A stretch of 64,000 nt of DNA from Thermoanaerobaculia bacterium (GTDB lineage Bacteria > Acidobacteriota > Thermoanaerobaculia > Multivoradales > Multivoraceae). A model generated the notes under the pieces. It did no database searches. It worked only from the letters and a program-made list of their open reading frames with translations, and was not told the DNA's origin. The first letter of the stretch is position 1, and the number at the start of each line of letters is the position of its first letter. Positions 31,049-42,481 of this stretch are shown here, one piece after another. The position numbers and the translations under genes were made by a program. The stretch spans positions 3,232,001 to 3,296,000 of the forward strand of contig OY761158.1 in assembly GCA_963664405.1 (NCBI GenBank), given 5' to 3'.

Positions 31049-34000
31049 ATGGCCTGGTTCCGAAAACCCTATTTCGGTCTGGTGCTCATTCTCGCGGTCG
31101 CGGGCTTTTTTCGCTTCGTGGGTCTCCACTGGGATGCTGCTCCTGAAGAGCAGCGCGATGGCTCGGTTCGAGTCGAGGAGCACCACCTCCACCCCGACGA
31201 GCGCTTTTTGACGTCGGTGACCACGCAACTGGAACTGCCCGAGTCGTTATCCCAATACTTCGCGACTCGGCAGTCGCCGCTCAACCCCCACAATAAGGGG
31301 TTTGGTTTCTTCGTTTACGGCACTTTTCCTATCTTCTTTACAAAAGTCCTGGGGGAGGTACTGGGCTTGGGTGGCTACGGCGACATCCACATCGTGGGGA
31401 GGGTTTTGTCGACGCTATCGAGCCTGTTGACGGTCGTTCTGCTCTACTTTCTTGGGCGTCGCCTCTACGACGAGAAGGTCGCGCTGCTCGGTGCGGGGCT
31501 CTTGACCCTCGCGGTGCTACCGATACAGCAGGCGCACTTCTACACCGTTGACAGCATGGCAAACGTTTTCGTCCTCGCCGGCCTAATTGCCGCGACGGTG
31601 ATCCAACGCGGCAGAGGTTGGCGACCCTACATCTTCTTCGGCTTGGCGCTAGGCTTGGCGATGGCGTGCAAGATGAGCGTGTTCACGCTCTCCCTCACTT
31701 CGGCTGCGGCGGCCGCTGCCACTCTGGTCGGGGAGCCGGGCAAGGGCCCGGCGAAGCCAGCAAGGTGGCTGTTGACGGGTCTGCGCCTGGCGGCCGCGGC
31801 GGGGATCGCCTTTCTGGTCTTTCGGCTGTTTCAGCCGTACGCTTTCTCCGGGCCTGGATTCTTCCGCATGTATCTCAGCCGAGCGTGGTGGGCGAACATG
31901 CAGGAGGTCAGCGATCTCGTATCCGGGGCCCGCGATTTTCCACCGGGGCATCAGTGGGCGGATAGGCCGGCACTTTGGTTTCCGTGGTGGAACATGGTGG
32001 CGGTCGGCTTCGGCCCGGTTCTGGGGCTTGCCGCCTGGGCGGGCTGGGCGTGGTCGGGTTGGCAACTCTGGTTCGGTCGGCGCAGGGAGCACCTTGTACC
32101 GTGGCTATGGGTGACAATCGTCTTTTTCCATCAGGGCAGCCAATGGGTGAAGGCGATGCGATACCTCCTTCCGATATACCCGGCGCTTGCGCTGCTCGCC
32201 GCTTATCTGTTGGTCTCCCTGTGGCGCTGGGGACGCAGCGCGACAGCGGCCGACGGCGTGTCACGGAGTTGGTTGCGCAGAGGAGCCGTGGCCGCGGGCT
32301 TTGTGGTCTTAGTAGGCACGCTGGCATGGGCGTGGGCGTTCACGGCGATCTACCGGCAGCCCCACTCCCCCGCATCGCCGCATCCAGGTGGCTCTACGAG
32401 AACGCCCCCCCAGGCGCCGTCATCGCCAACGAGGGGTGGGACGACGCCCTGCCTCTCCGCCTCGGTGGCCGCGATGCGTTCTCCATCTATCAGGGGCTGT
32501 TGCTCCACCACTACGACGAGGACACGCCCCAGAAGCTTCAGACCGTCCTGGGCTCCCTCGAGCAGACTGACTACATCGTTCTCTCGAGCAATCGGCTCTA
32601 CGACAGCATTCCGCGCCTTCCGATGCGCTACCCGATGACGATGCTCTACTACGAGCACCTCTTCGCGGGCGATCTCGGCTTCGAGAAAGTCGCCGAGTTC
32701 ACGTCCTATCCACGCATCGCGGGCATCGAGATCCCGGATCAGTGGGTGGAGGAAGCGTTCTCGGTATACGACCACCCCAGGGTACAGATTTTTCGCAAGG
32801 ACGCCAGCTGGGACATCGCCAACGCCAGGGCATTGCTCTCGGCGGGGGTCGACTGGGACGATATCAATCGCCTCTCGCCGCTCCAGGCCAAGGGCTTCAA
32901 ATCGATGATGCTCGACGACGAACTGCTGGCGGCCCAGCGCGCCGGAGGCACCTGGTCGACTGAGCTTGGTGGACTTTTCGACGAGAGCGGCCTCTCCAAT
33001 CGCCACCCGATCGTCTTCTGGGTCGCAGCCCTTGTGCTCCTCGGTATCGTCGCGTTCCCGATCAGCTGGCTGGCGCTGTCGAGTCTGCCCGATGGGGGTT
33101 GGCTGGTCTCTCGCACCCTCGGTCTGCTGGTTACTGCCTGGCTTGCCTGGATGTTTGCATCCCTGCGATGGGTGACCTTCACCCGCGGCGGGGTGGCGTT
33201 CTCCCTCGTCCTCGTCGTCGCGGTCTCGGCCGTCGTCTTTTGGCGGCACCGTCACAGCTTGCTCGCTTTCCTGCGTAGTCGCTGGCGCCTTCTCCTCGTC
33301 GAAGAGATTGTTTTCTGGGGGCTCTTTGCGTTCCTTCTGATCGTTCGGCTATGGAATCCGGAGCTCTGGCATCCTGCGCGGGGCGGCGAGAAACCGATGG
33401 ATCTCGCCTACCTCAACGCGGTGGTACGCAGCGAGTATTTCCCGCCCTACGACCCCTGGTTTGCCGGCGGTTACCTCAACTACTACTACTTCGGTTTCGT
33501 ACTTACCGGCACGCTGATCCTGCTGACTGGCGTGGTGCCCACGATCGCCTACAACCTGGCCGTGCCCACATTCTTCGCTCTCACGGGCGGGCTGGCGTTC
33601 GTCGCGGCTTCGGCACTGATGACGGGTCTCCGCAGAAATCGGGGCGAGAAGGACTCTCCCCAGCTGTCTCGGCAGGCCGTTCAAAGTGGTGTCTTCGCGG
33701 CGGTGTTCGCCGTACTTCTGGGCAACCTGAGCGAGATTCGATTGCTCTTTCGTGGCCTCGTGAGGTTAGGTGGGGGGACGGAGGAGGCCTCTCTGGCTCA
33801 GGCGTCGACAGCCTGGTGGAAGGGGCTCGGAGCTTTGGCGCGTGGAGAGTCGATCCCGTTTCCGAACGATTGGTGGTTCTGGAACGCAAGTCGCGCGATC
33901 CCCCATCCTCAGACCGAGCCGCCGCCGATTACGGAGTTCCCGTTCTTTACTCATCTCTTTGCCGACCTGCACGCCCATCTGATGGCCATGCCACTCGGCC

Positions 34001-35505
34001 TCTTGTCCCTCGTGGTGGCGATTCGTCTCGCGTGCGGATCCGCTCTGTCGGGGCCCCTCCACGAGTCAAGGTCGGCACCGTTGGCGGGGCCGTTACGATC
34101 CCACCTGAGGGCTGATCTCCCCGCGCTTGCCATCCTCTCCCTGGCTGTCGGCGCTTTGTGGCCGACCAACACCTGGGACTTTCCGACCTACCTATGCCTA
34201 GCCGGCGCCGGCATCACCATCGGGGAGCTCCGCCGCCGAGCGTCGGTTAAGGTCTCGATCATCGCCGCTGCGGGCCGGTTCGCCGTGGTGGTAGTAGCGG
34301 GGCGGGTCCTCTTCTACCCGTTCCTGGCGAGCTTTGCTTCGGCCTACACTCGCCCCACTTTGTGGAAGGGCTCACGTACCCCTTTCGACGCTTTTTTGAC
34401 CGTGCACGGTTTCTTCCTGGTGCTGGTCTTGGCCTTCCTGGTTGGTAACGAGGGGCTTCGGAAAGAGCTGAGGGGACAACTACGCATTCTCCGTTTACGG
34501 GTGCGGTATCGCACCCGCCGCGTAAGGCTGCGTCGACTGCTGGTGGCGTGCCCGGGGCACCGTCTGGCCACACGAATCCAGGCTTGGTGTTGGCTTGGGC
34601 TCCTCCTTTTCGCCCTCGCTGTCTGGATCGCTGGCTTTCCCGTGGTGTCCCTGCTCCTCGTGCTCTTGGCACTGACCGCGACCCTGCTCTTGAACACCGA
34701 GCCCTCGCAGGGCGCCTTACGCACCCTTTGCTGCATGGTCCTCATCGCCCTGGGCCTTACCGGCGTCGTTGAATTTGTAGTGCTACAAGGTGACGTCGGC
34801 CGCATGAACACGGTGTTCAAATTCTACCTCCAGGTTTGGTTGCTGCTCTCTGTTGTTACCGGGCTCTCAGCCTCAATTCTCATCGAGCGCCGCCCTGTCG
34901 CCAAGACCTGGCTTGCGGTGACCGGTCCCCTCTTTCTGGTTGCGCTCCTGTATCCCGCCCTCGCTGCGCCTGCCCGGATCCGGGATCGGTACGGTGCAGA
35001 TGAGGGGCTGGGCCTCGACGGTCAGGCCTTCATGCGGACTGCTGTTCGCCACGAGTCGAACGGCAAGATCGAGCTTCGCTGGGACGACGAAGCGATCCGT
35101 TGGTTGCGTCGCTCCGTCGAAGGCTCGCCCGTCATTCTCGAGGCGAGTGTACCTCCCTACCGTTGGGGGAGTCGAGTCAGCATCTACACCGGCCTGCCCA
35201 CCGTGGTGGGTTGGGACTGGCACCAACGCCAGCAGCGGGCAGTGCTGCGCAACGATACCGTGCGCCATCGTGTCGACGACGTCCAGCAGGCATATACCGA
35301 GATGGACCTCGAAAACACGTTGGAATTGCTACGCCGCTACAGCGTGAGCTACGTCTATCTGGGGGGAGTTGAGAATTTATACTATCCAGGGCCTGGACTC
35401 GAGAAGTTCGAAAAGGACCCATTGGGGCGTTTCGAACTGGTCTTTGAGAACCCTGGCGTAAAGATCTTCAAGGTGGACTACTCGGTTGGGTCGACCGGCG
35501 GGTAG
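31049..35505 (+). CDS. Large membrane protein: GT39/ArnT-like domain fused to a DUF2298 (Chlor_Arch_YYY) domain; frameshift in the C-run near 32368
   Basis: HLHPDERFL, YGTFP, QQAHFYTVD; RQPHS joins RIAASRWLYEN; GGEKPMDLAYLNA, PPYDPWFAGGYLNYYYFG, DLHAH, NTWDFP, RMNTVFKFY, TVVGW.WH..QQR. Confidence 0.85.
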
Positions 35506-35590
35506 CCGGGGCGACCCCACGCGTTGCCCTGTGCTGGCCGATCCTCCCTGCCTACGCTTCGATGTCGATGTAGAGATCCCCGTTCATAGG

Positions 35591-36734
35591 TCACTTTCGA
35601 AGAAGATCTCAATCTCGTTCACGTGCACGAAGTTGTCGCGCTGCAGTCGCAGGATCTCGAAGCGCACCTGCCGTGTGGAGATGGCTTCGGGCAGAGCGAT
35701 GTAGGACCAGGCGGTGGGCGGGACGCGAGGCGCCAGCAGAACCTATGGGAAGGATGGGGTCTGAACGTCCAATCGTTGGGTGAGGCGGCAAGAAAGGCCC
35801 GCGCTACCTTGACTCGGATCGGCTCAGGAAAGGTGATTGTGATGACGAGGGGGTTGGTGCCGCCGCTTCGCACTGAGTGGCGCACCTCACCGTCGAGCAC
35901 GCCGCCAATCCGGATGAGGAATGGCTCATCGCTGGTGTCGATGCGAAGCGCGCCCTCAGACCAAGCAGCGGCAAGGTCCACACGCTCTAATTCGCCGATC
36001 GAGGCGCAAGCCCAGTTCACGGGCTCGCCGCCGAGCTGAGCCCGTCCCACGGGCCGGTCGGATGCCCGAAGGAGGGTCGCTAGAATCGGTGAGCTCGAAG
36101 GCGGGTAGAGTAAACGCTGCCGAGCCGGCGTTGTCCGCTCCGTGGGACGGCTCCCTTGCGGCGGCGGGACGATAGAGGGACATCTCAGTCTGCAGAGACG
36201 CTTCAGGGCACACGAAGGCTTGGCGTGGCGAGCAGAGCGAGAGCCGCTCCCACTCGCTCGAGTCGAAGTTGCTCGGACATTCGGGCGATAGAAGAAGTGC
36301 GCTCGCGGGACTTTCATCGCGCATGGCGAGCTGGTGGATCTTCCTTCCCGGAAAGTAGTACTCCCATCCCTCGACATGGTGCCTGAGCTGATACTGGCGG
36401 ACAACATGAGGTGCTGCGATGATCCATGTCTCCTCGGCGTGGCGAAGAGTTTCTGTCCTGTTGATCTCGTGGATCGCGAAGTACTTGAGGCTCGAGGCGA
36501 GGTCGCCACGCTGGTGGTCCATCTCGTCGGCGAAGAATCGGTAGCCCGGAACGACTGCCACGATAGCCACGGCGACCCAAAGCACGAGTTTCAGAGGCCT
36601 GCGGCTCTCGGCGGCGTTCGTGATACGGCTCTACCGGCAGCCTCACACGCCATCGCGATGACGAGCGCTACGACGGGAAGTAGTGGTATCTGCCGGTGCT
36701 CGCCGTTGACGATATCGGTGAGCGCGCTGTTGGT
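35591..36734 (-). pseudogene. Truncated, frameshifted duplicate of the 3' ~1.15 kb of the GT-C gene at 39677-42289
   Basis: Collinear DNA/protein similarity (e.g. GDLASSLKYFAIHEI, EGWEYYFPGRKIH, GGTNPLVIT.TFPEPIRVKVAR); split over ORFs 36643-36990, 35956-36585 and 35619-36509; homology stops abruptly at ~36734. Confidence 0.85.
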
Positions 36735-36992
36735 TTGGAGTCAGAGTCAGACCCATCCTTCTCAGCAGGTTCCGCGGCCAAAGGGCGCCCGTCGCGTTCC
36801 TAGGAGGGTCTTGATCACTTGAGCTTCTTACGATGCGCCCAGGGGCGAACTCAGCGCGCCGTGGCTCGATCCTCCGAGCACACGGGTGCGGCTGCCGAAC
36901 TGACTCGAGACAATGTACGATACCGCCAGTTTCGTCAACTCCCGGTGCTTGTCGGTCCTCGTGTGTGGGCATCCCGGTAGACCGACACATCC

Positions 36993-37736
36993 ATGGAGAC
37001 TCGACTGATGCTGGCCGCGAGAATACTGGCGCCTGGGTCCGAGCTTCGCGGCATCGTATTCGACGTCGACGGAACTCTCTATCGGCAGTCGCCGGTGCGC
37101 CATAGGGTAATGCTGCAGCTCGGGCTCAGCGCCTTCTCGTCACCCTGGGCGGCGGTTCGCGATGCAGTATGCATATCGGCGTATCGACGCGCCCACGAGG
37201 CGTTGAGGGGTCAGGTGGTGGGGTTGGACGTATTCGAAGCGCAAGCTGAGTTGGCAAGCGCTAAGGTACCGTTCTCTACGAAGCAAATCAAAAGCACTGC
37301 GAAGGTCTGGATGGAAGAGAAGCCACTAGACTTCATAAGAAGCGCCAGATGCAAGGGCTTGGTGCGATTCCTGGCCGCCTGCGGCGACCACCAACTGAAA
37401 CTTGGAGTGCTCTCCGACTACCCACCCCTCGCCAAGCTAGAAGCCCTGGAGGTCCGCTCGTTCTTCCACACACTGGGCTGGGCTCAGATGCCCGAAATAG
37501 GAGCTCTGAAGCCGAATCCGGCGGGCTTGAGCTGGGTGTTGGACCAATTGGGGGTCGCCCCCTGGCAGTCATTGTATGTCGGAGATCGTCCCGAGATTGA
37601 CGGCAGCCTGGCACAATCGGTCGGAGCGCAGTGGGTAATAGCCGGGACTGGCCGGCAGCAAAGGCATCGGGCACCTACCGAGGCACTTCACAGATTCACA
37701 GACTATGACCAGCTGCACGCACGAATCTTCGGCTGA
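36993..37736 (+). CDS. HAD-superfamily hydrolase/phosphatase
   Basis: FDVDGTLY motif I, LSD motif II, LKP.P motif III, YVGDR..ID motif IV. Confidence 0.88.
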   Translation: METRLMLAARILAPGSELRGIVFDVDGTLYRQSPVRHRVMLQLGLSAFSSPWAAVRDAVCISAYRRAHEALRGQVVGLDVFEAQAELASAKVPFSTKQIKSTAKVWMEEKPLDFIRSARCKGLVRFLAACGDHQLKLGVLSDYPPLAKLEALEVRSFFHTLGWAQMPEIGALKPNPAGLSWVLDQLGVAPWQSLYVGDRPEIDGSLAQSVGAQWVIAGTGRQQRHRAPTEALHRFTDYDQLHARIFG

Positions 37737-38649
37737 GTCCAGCCGCGGGGGAGGGGTGCCCTGCTGGGTCTGTGGAGAGACCGATACCACGCTGTGGAAG
37801 GACACAGGGCTCGATGGAGATCTTCGACCCACCGATCTGCTTATCACCGACAAACGATACGGTCTGACTTTGGAGCTCTACCGCTGTTCGAGGTGCCGGT
37901 TCATTGGCGCCCGTTCCCGCGACGTCCAAGCGCTCAACGAGCTCTACGAGCAACTCGTCGATCCGGGCTACATCGAAAGCGAAGAAGGGCGACTTCGCCA
38001 GTGCCAGGGTATCTTGGCAAGACTGCTAGCCCAAAGGCGCGGCGCCGAGTCTCTTCTCGACGTAGGCGCAGCCAGCGGCCTGTTGGTTCGCGAGGCAATC
38101 AACTCGGGACTCGACGCTATGGGCATCGAGCCGAGCAAGTCGCTCTGTGAAGCGGCCGAGAAGATCCGCAGCCTGACCCTGATCAACGGCACGCTACCGG
38201 CTCCAGAGCTCGAGGGCCGGCGTTTCGACCTAGTAACGCTCGTCGACGTGATCGAGCACGTCAACGCGCCGGTGACCATGCTCGAGAACGCGGCCAACCA
38301 CCTCAACGACGCCGGCTTGATCCTGGTCATCACCCCAGACGTCGCCAGCATAACCGCCAGGCTGTTGGGTCGGCGCTGGTGGCACTTGCGGCTCGCCCAC
38401 GTAGGCTACTTCGAAAAGAGGTCGTTTGCCGTCGCGGCCGAAAAGGCCGGTCTTCGGATCGTCAAGACCGAGTGGGCGAAATGGAACTTCCAGCTGAGCT
38501 ATCTCGCCGAGAGGCTGCTGCAATACCGCATCTCGGCGCCGGTGTCTCCCGCCCTGAGATGGCTTCAGCAAAGCGAGAGATTCGGGCAGATCATCATTCC
38601 CCTGAACCTGTTCGACTCTCGCGCCTTCTACCTGACGCGCGCACGGTAG
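37705..38649 (+). CDS. Class I SAM methyltransferase with N-terminal Zn ribbon
   Basis: CWVC...CSRC; LLDVGAASG; DVIEHV; ITPD; WW.....H..YF. Confidence 0.85.
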   Translation: MTSCTHESSAESSRGGGVPCWVCGETDTTLWKDTGLDGDLRPTDLLITDKRYGLTLELYRCSRCRFIGARSRDVQALNELYEQLVDPGYIESEEGRLRQCQGILARLLAQRRGAESLLDVGAASGLLVREAINSGLDAMGIEPSKSLCEAAEKIRSLTLINGTLPAPELEGRRFDLVTLVDVIEHVNAPVTMLENAANHLNDAGLILVITPDVASITARLLGRRWWHLRLAHVGYFEKRSFAVAAEKAGLRIVKTEWAKWNFQLSYLAERLLQYRISAPVSPALRWLQQSERFGQIIIPLNLFDSRAFYLTRAR

Positions 38650-38679
38650 CCACGCCACATACGAATTCGAGATAGGAAC

Positions 38680-39618
38680 CTGCAGAATCGAGCGACCATC
38701 GGCGGCCACCTAGGCATCTGCCGAATAGACCACTGGTTCAAGAACCTATTCATACTCCCAGGGATTGCGGTGGGGATCGCTGACAGGCCGAAATTCGACG
38801 TCCCCTTGCTCGTTGCCGACGCCTTGTTGGGTATCTTCTCCATCTGCCTCATCGCCTCCAGCAACTACGTGATCAACGAGCTGTTGGACGCGCAGAACGA
38901 CAGTCTCCACCCCAAGAAGAAGCTGCGGCCGGTGCCGACAGGGCGGGTGAACGTTTCATTGGCGTATTGGCAATGGCTGGTGCTGATGATTGCGGGCGTC
39001 GCCCTGGGCTGGTGGGTCTCCCCCGCGCTGGGGATCGTCGCGCTGGCATTGTGGGTGATGGGCTGCGTCTACAACATCCGGCCCGTTCGCACCAAGGATG
39101 TGCCCTATCTGGACGTAGTCTCCGAGGGAGTCAACAACCCCCTCCGTATGCTGGCGGGGTGGTACATCGCCGGTGCCGCGTTAGTGCCGCCGGCCTCGCT
39201 GCTGATGAGCTATTGGATGGTTGGCTGTTACTTCATGGCGCTGAAGCGGTTCGCAGAGAGGCGTATGATCAACTCAGATGATCTCGCCTCTGCCTATCGC
39301 CCGTCTTTTCGTCACTACACAGAGAATCGACTTCTCGTGTCGGTCATGTTCTACAGCTGCGCATCGATGCTCTTCTTCGGTGCCTTCCTCATGCGCTATC
39401 GGATCGAGCTTCTGCTGTCCTTCCCGCTCGTCGCGTGGGTGATGGCGAGCTACCTCCGGGTAGGTCTTCGTGACGATAGCCCTGTGCAGAACCCTGAGAA
39501 GCTCTATCGAGAAACAGGATTGATGGTCAGCCTGACGCTCTGCGTTGTAGTCATGACGGTGCTGTTCTTCGTCGATATTCCGCAGCTGGCGTTGATGCTT
39601 CAGGCGTGGCAGCGGTGA
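38680..39618 (+). CDS. UbiA-superfamily polyprenyl-phosphate phosphoribosyltransferase (DPPR synthase-like); start uncertain
   Basis: RIDHWFKN lies upstream of the called GTG at 38770; SSNYVINELLD...D..HP.KK.RP...G, YN....K.VPYLDV, KRFAE motifs. Confidence 0.82.
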   Translation: MQNRATIGGHLGICRIDHWFKNLFILPGIAVGIADRPKFDVPLLVADALLGIFSICLIASSNYVINELLDAQNDSLHPKKKLRPVPTGRVNVSLAYWQWLVLMIAGVALGWWVSPALGIVALALWVMGCVYNIRPVRTKDVPYLDVVSEGVNNPLRMLAGWYIAGAALVPPASLLMSYWMVGCYFMALKRFAERRMINSDDLASAYRPSFRHYTENRLLVSVMFYSCASMLFFGAFLMRYRIELLLSFPLVAWVMASYLRVGLRDDSPVQNPEKLYRETGLMVSLTLCVVVMTVLFFVDIPQLALMLQAWQR

Positions 39619-39676
39619 ACGAAGCTCCTGAGATTTGTCGAGCTGCGCAGCGCGGTCGATGGGGAGATCCCGCTCA

Positions 39677-42289
39677 TCAGCCACTCTCGACGAAGAGCTC
39701 GATCTCGTTGAGGTGTACGAAGTTGTCGCGCTCCAGTCGCAGGACCTCGAAGCGCACTTCACTTGTGGAGATGGCCTCGGGCAGAGCGATGTAGGACCAG
39801 GTGTCGGGCGGGACACGAGGTGCTAACAGAACCTGATGGGAAGGGTGTGGTCTGAACGTCCAATCGTTGGGAGAGGCGGAAGGAAAGATCCGCGCCACTT
39901 TGACTCGGATCGGCTCGGGGAAGGTGAGCGTGATGACGAGGGGGTTGGTCCCGCCGCTCACCATTGAGTGCCGCACATTGCCGTCGAAGACTCCGTCGAC
40001 ACGGACGAGGAACGCCTCATCGCTGATCTCGATGCGAACCGCCTCCTCAGACCAGGCTGCGGCAAGGTCCACGCGCTCCAATTCCCCGATCGAGGCGCAA
40101 GTCGAGCTCACGGGCAGGCCGTCGAGCTGAGCCCACTCCGCGGGCCGCTCGGATGCCGAAGAAGGGTCGCTAAGACCTATGAGCTCAAACCCGGGTAGAG
40201 CAAACGTCGCCGAGCCGCTGTTCGCCACTCCGTGGGCCGGATTGGTTGTGGCGGCGGGACGATAGAGCAAGAGCTCTGGGTGCGGAGAGGTCGCTTCGGG
40301 GCACACGAAGGCCTGGCGTGGCGAACAGAACGAGAGCCTTTCCCACTCGCTCGGGTCGAAGTTGCTCGGGCACTCGGGGGATAGAAAGAGGGCATTCGGG
40401 GGACCCTCACCGCGAATCGCAAGTTTGTGGATTTTCCTTCCCGGAAAGTAGTACTCCCATCCCTCGATGTGGTGCGCGAGCTGATACTGACCGACAACCG
40501 CGGGTGCGGCGATGATCCACGTTTCTTCGGAGTCACGAAGAGTCTCTGTCGACTCGATCTCGTGGATCGCGAAGTACTTGAGGCTCGAAGCGAGGTCGCC
40601 ACGCAGGCGGCCCATCTCGTCGGCGAAGAATCGGTAGCCCGGAACAATCGCCACGAGAACCAGGGCGACCCAGAGCACGAGCTTCAGAGGCCGGGCAGTT
40701 CTAGGTGGCGTTCGTGATACGGCTCTGCCGGCAGCTTCGCACGCCATGGCGATAACGAGCGCTACGACCGGAAGGAGTGGCATCAGCCGGTGCTCGCCGT
40801 TGACCATGTCGGTGAGGGCGCTGTTGGTGAGGAGAAGGACGAGGAGGTAGAAGAGACAAAGGCCGAAGAGGCGTCGTGGGACCACCAGCAGGCCCACCAG
40901 CAGACCCGCCGCGAAGAGGAACGCGAGCGGCTTGAAAGGAAGCAACGGCTCGTGCGTGGGAAGCCACGAGGTAGTGGGGCGGTCGAAGAAGATGCGCAAA
41001 GACTGCCAGTAATTGGACACCAGAGTACTGAGGTCGGTGCCCGTTGTATCTGGGATGCGGTTCGAAACGAGGAAGATCTCCGGAGTTGTAGCGAGGATCA
41101 GGGGGCCGAATCCGATAAGCATGCCGACTACGGTCAGAAGACCGACGGCCAGAAGCCAACGCAGGCCCTCTCTGCGGGCGGCGAGCAGGGCCGCGATGGC
41201 CGCGAGGCCGAGAGACGCAAAGGCGGCCGCCTTGATAGCGCCGTGAAAGGTGAAAAGCACGCCGCTGAGTAACCCTAGGAAGCCGAAGTGCCTACAGTGC
41301 GGCTGTTTTCGCAGCACGAGGTAGGTGGCTGCGAAGAGCAATGGCATCCAGGCGATGTTGTAGACATGAAGGGACTCGTAGCGGCCGTAGAAGAGCAGGG
41401 TCGGCAGGCACAGAAGCGCAAGTGAGCCAATGAAGCTGGCCTGCGTACTCAACCAGCGCCGCGCGAGCACGAAGAACATCACGATGGTCGCAATGGCAAG
41501 GAGGGCCGGTGGCACCTTGAACGAAAGAGCGCTAGGGCCCAGCAGCAGATAGATGGGGCTCGTAAGGACGGTTGCCATGAGCCCGTAGCTGTTGATGTAG
41601 CCGTAGACGAAGAAGTCTTTGTAATCACCATCGAGAATACGCTGCACATCGAGCCCGGTATCGCGCACTGGGTCGCCTGCTACCACCATGGGGTAACTCT
41701 CGAGCGAGAAGAAGTAGGCGGCCACGGCCACAGCCAAGAGGATCGACAGTGCCAACCCATCGTTTCGTGAGAGGGAAGAGAGATGGCGGCGTACGCCTGC
41801 CAGGCCGGGTCTGCCGAGTAGAGCGACGCCGGTGACCGTCACCGTCACGATCCAGAGGGCAAGGGCTGCCCACTGGTAGCCCGTTGTCTTGATCGCTGCC
41901 AGCCCGAAGGTCGCCAGGTTGAGCAGCAAGAGAATCACGGAGCTCAGCAACCAAGGCCGGAGTCTCGGGAGGGTGACTATGATGCGGTTGGAGGTCTCGT
42001 CCACCCGCACGCCGACCAGGTCTCGGCCGCTGGGTGCGGCGGTGCGGGCCCCGTCCGACCTCTCTCTCGCGGTGATGAGTCCCAGTCCGAGGCAATGCGT
42101 GAGGAACCGAGCCCCGAGCTGCGAGTCGTCTTCAACGGGGGCGGCCTCGGCGAGGAAGCGCGCGATAACGTCGTCCCAACAGGTCTCCGTATCCTCCGGC
42201 AGGCTCGGGTGCTGCCGCGACAACTCCTCTGCAGTATCCGTCACACCCCAACCGATCAGCGCAGAGATGCATGCCTGCCCGGGGGTCAC
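39677..42289 (-). CDS. GT-C (ArnT/PMT-like) membrane glycosyltransferase with C-terminal discoidin-like domain; start uncertain
   Basis: YP.VVAGD loop, LGPSALSFKVP, many TM helices, HRLMPLLP; C-terminal DGNVRHS...NPLVIT...RFEVLRLERDNFVHLNEIELF. Confidence 0.72.
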   Translation of the reverse strand: MTPGQACISALIGWGVTDTAEELSRQHPSLPEDTETCWDDVIARFLAEAAPVEDDSQLGARFLTHCLGLGLITARERSDGARTAAPSGRDLVGVRVDETSNRIIVTLPRLRPWLLSSVILLLLNLATFGLAAIKTTGYQWAALALWIVTVTVTGVALLGRPGLAGVRRHLSSLSRNDGLALSILLAVAVAAYFFSLESYPMVVAGDPVRDTGLDVQRILDGDYKDFFVYGYINSYGLMATVLTSPIYLLLGPSALSFKVPPALLAIATIVMFFVLARRWLSTQASFIGSLALLCLPTLLFYGRYESLHVYNIAWMPLLFAATYLVLRKQPHCRHFGFLGLLSGVLFTFHGAIKAAAFASLGLAAIAALLAARREGLRWLLAVGLLTVVGMLIGFGPLILATTPEIFLVSNRIPDTTGTDLSTLVSNYWQSLRIFFDRPTTSWLPTHEPLLPFKPLAFLFAAGLLVGLLVVPRRLFGLCLFYLLVLLLTNSALTDMVNGEHRLMPLLPVVALVIAMACEAAGRAVSRTPPRTARPLKLVLWVALVLVAIVPGYRFFADEMGRLRGDLASSLKYFAIHEIESTETLRDSEETWIIAAPAVVGQYQLAHHIEGWEYYFPGRKIHKLAIRGEGPPNALFLSPECPSNFDPSEWERLSFCSPRQAFVCPEATSPHPELLLYRPAATTNPAHGVANSGSATFALPGFELIGLSDPSSASERPAEWAQLDGLPVSSTCASIGELERVDLAAAWSEEAVRIEISDEAFLVRVDGVFDGNVRHSMVSGGTNPLVITLTFPEPIRVKVARIFPSASPNDWTFRPHPSHQVLLAPRVPPDTWSYIALPEAISTSEVRFEVLRLERDNFVHLNEIELFVESG

Positions 42290-42481
42290 GTGGAGATTGT
42301 ACCTCGCCCTGACCGACCCTCGTTGCTGCGAGTACGGGCTCCATGGACGGCGCAGAGACGTGGGCGCAGGGGTATCCGCTTCGCAGCTACGGGGTGAGCT
42401 CGTCTACCTGAGAGGGGCGGAGAATCTATACTGAGTAGGCCCTGGCTTGGAGAAACTCGAGAACGATCCCTTTGCCTTCTC

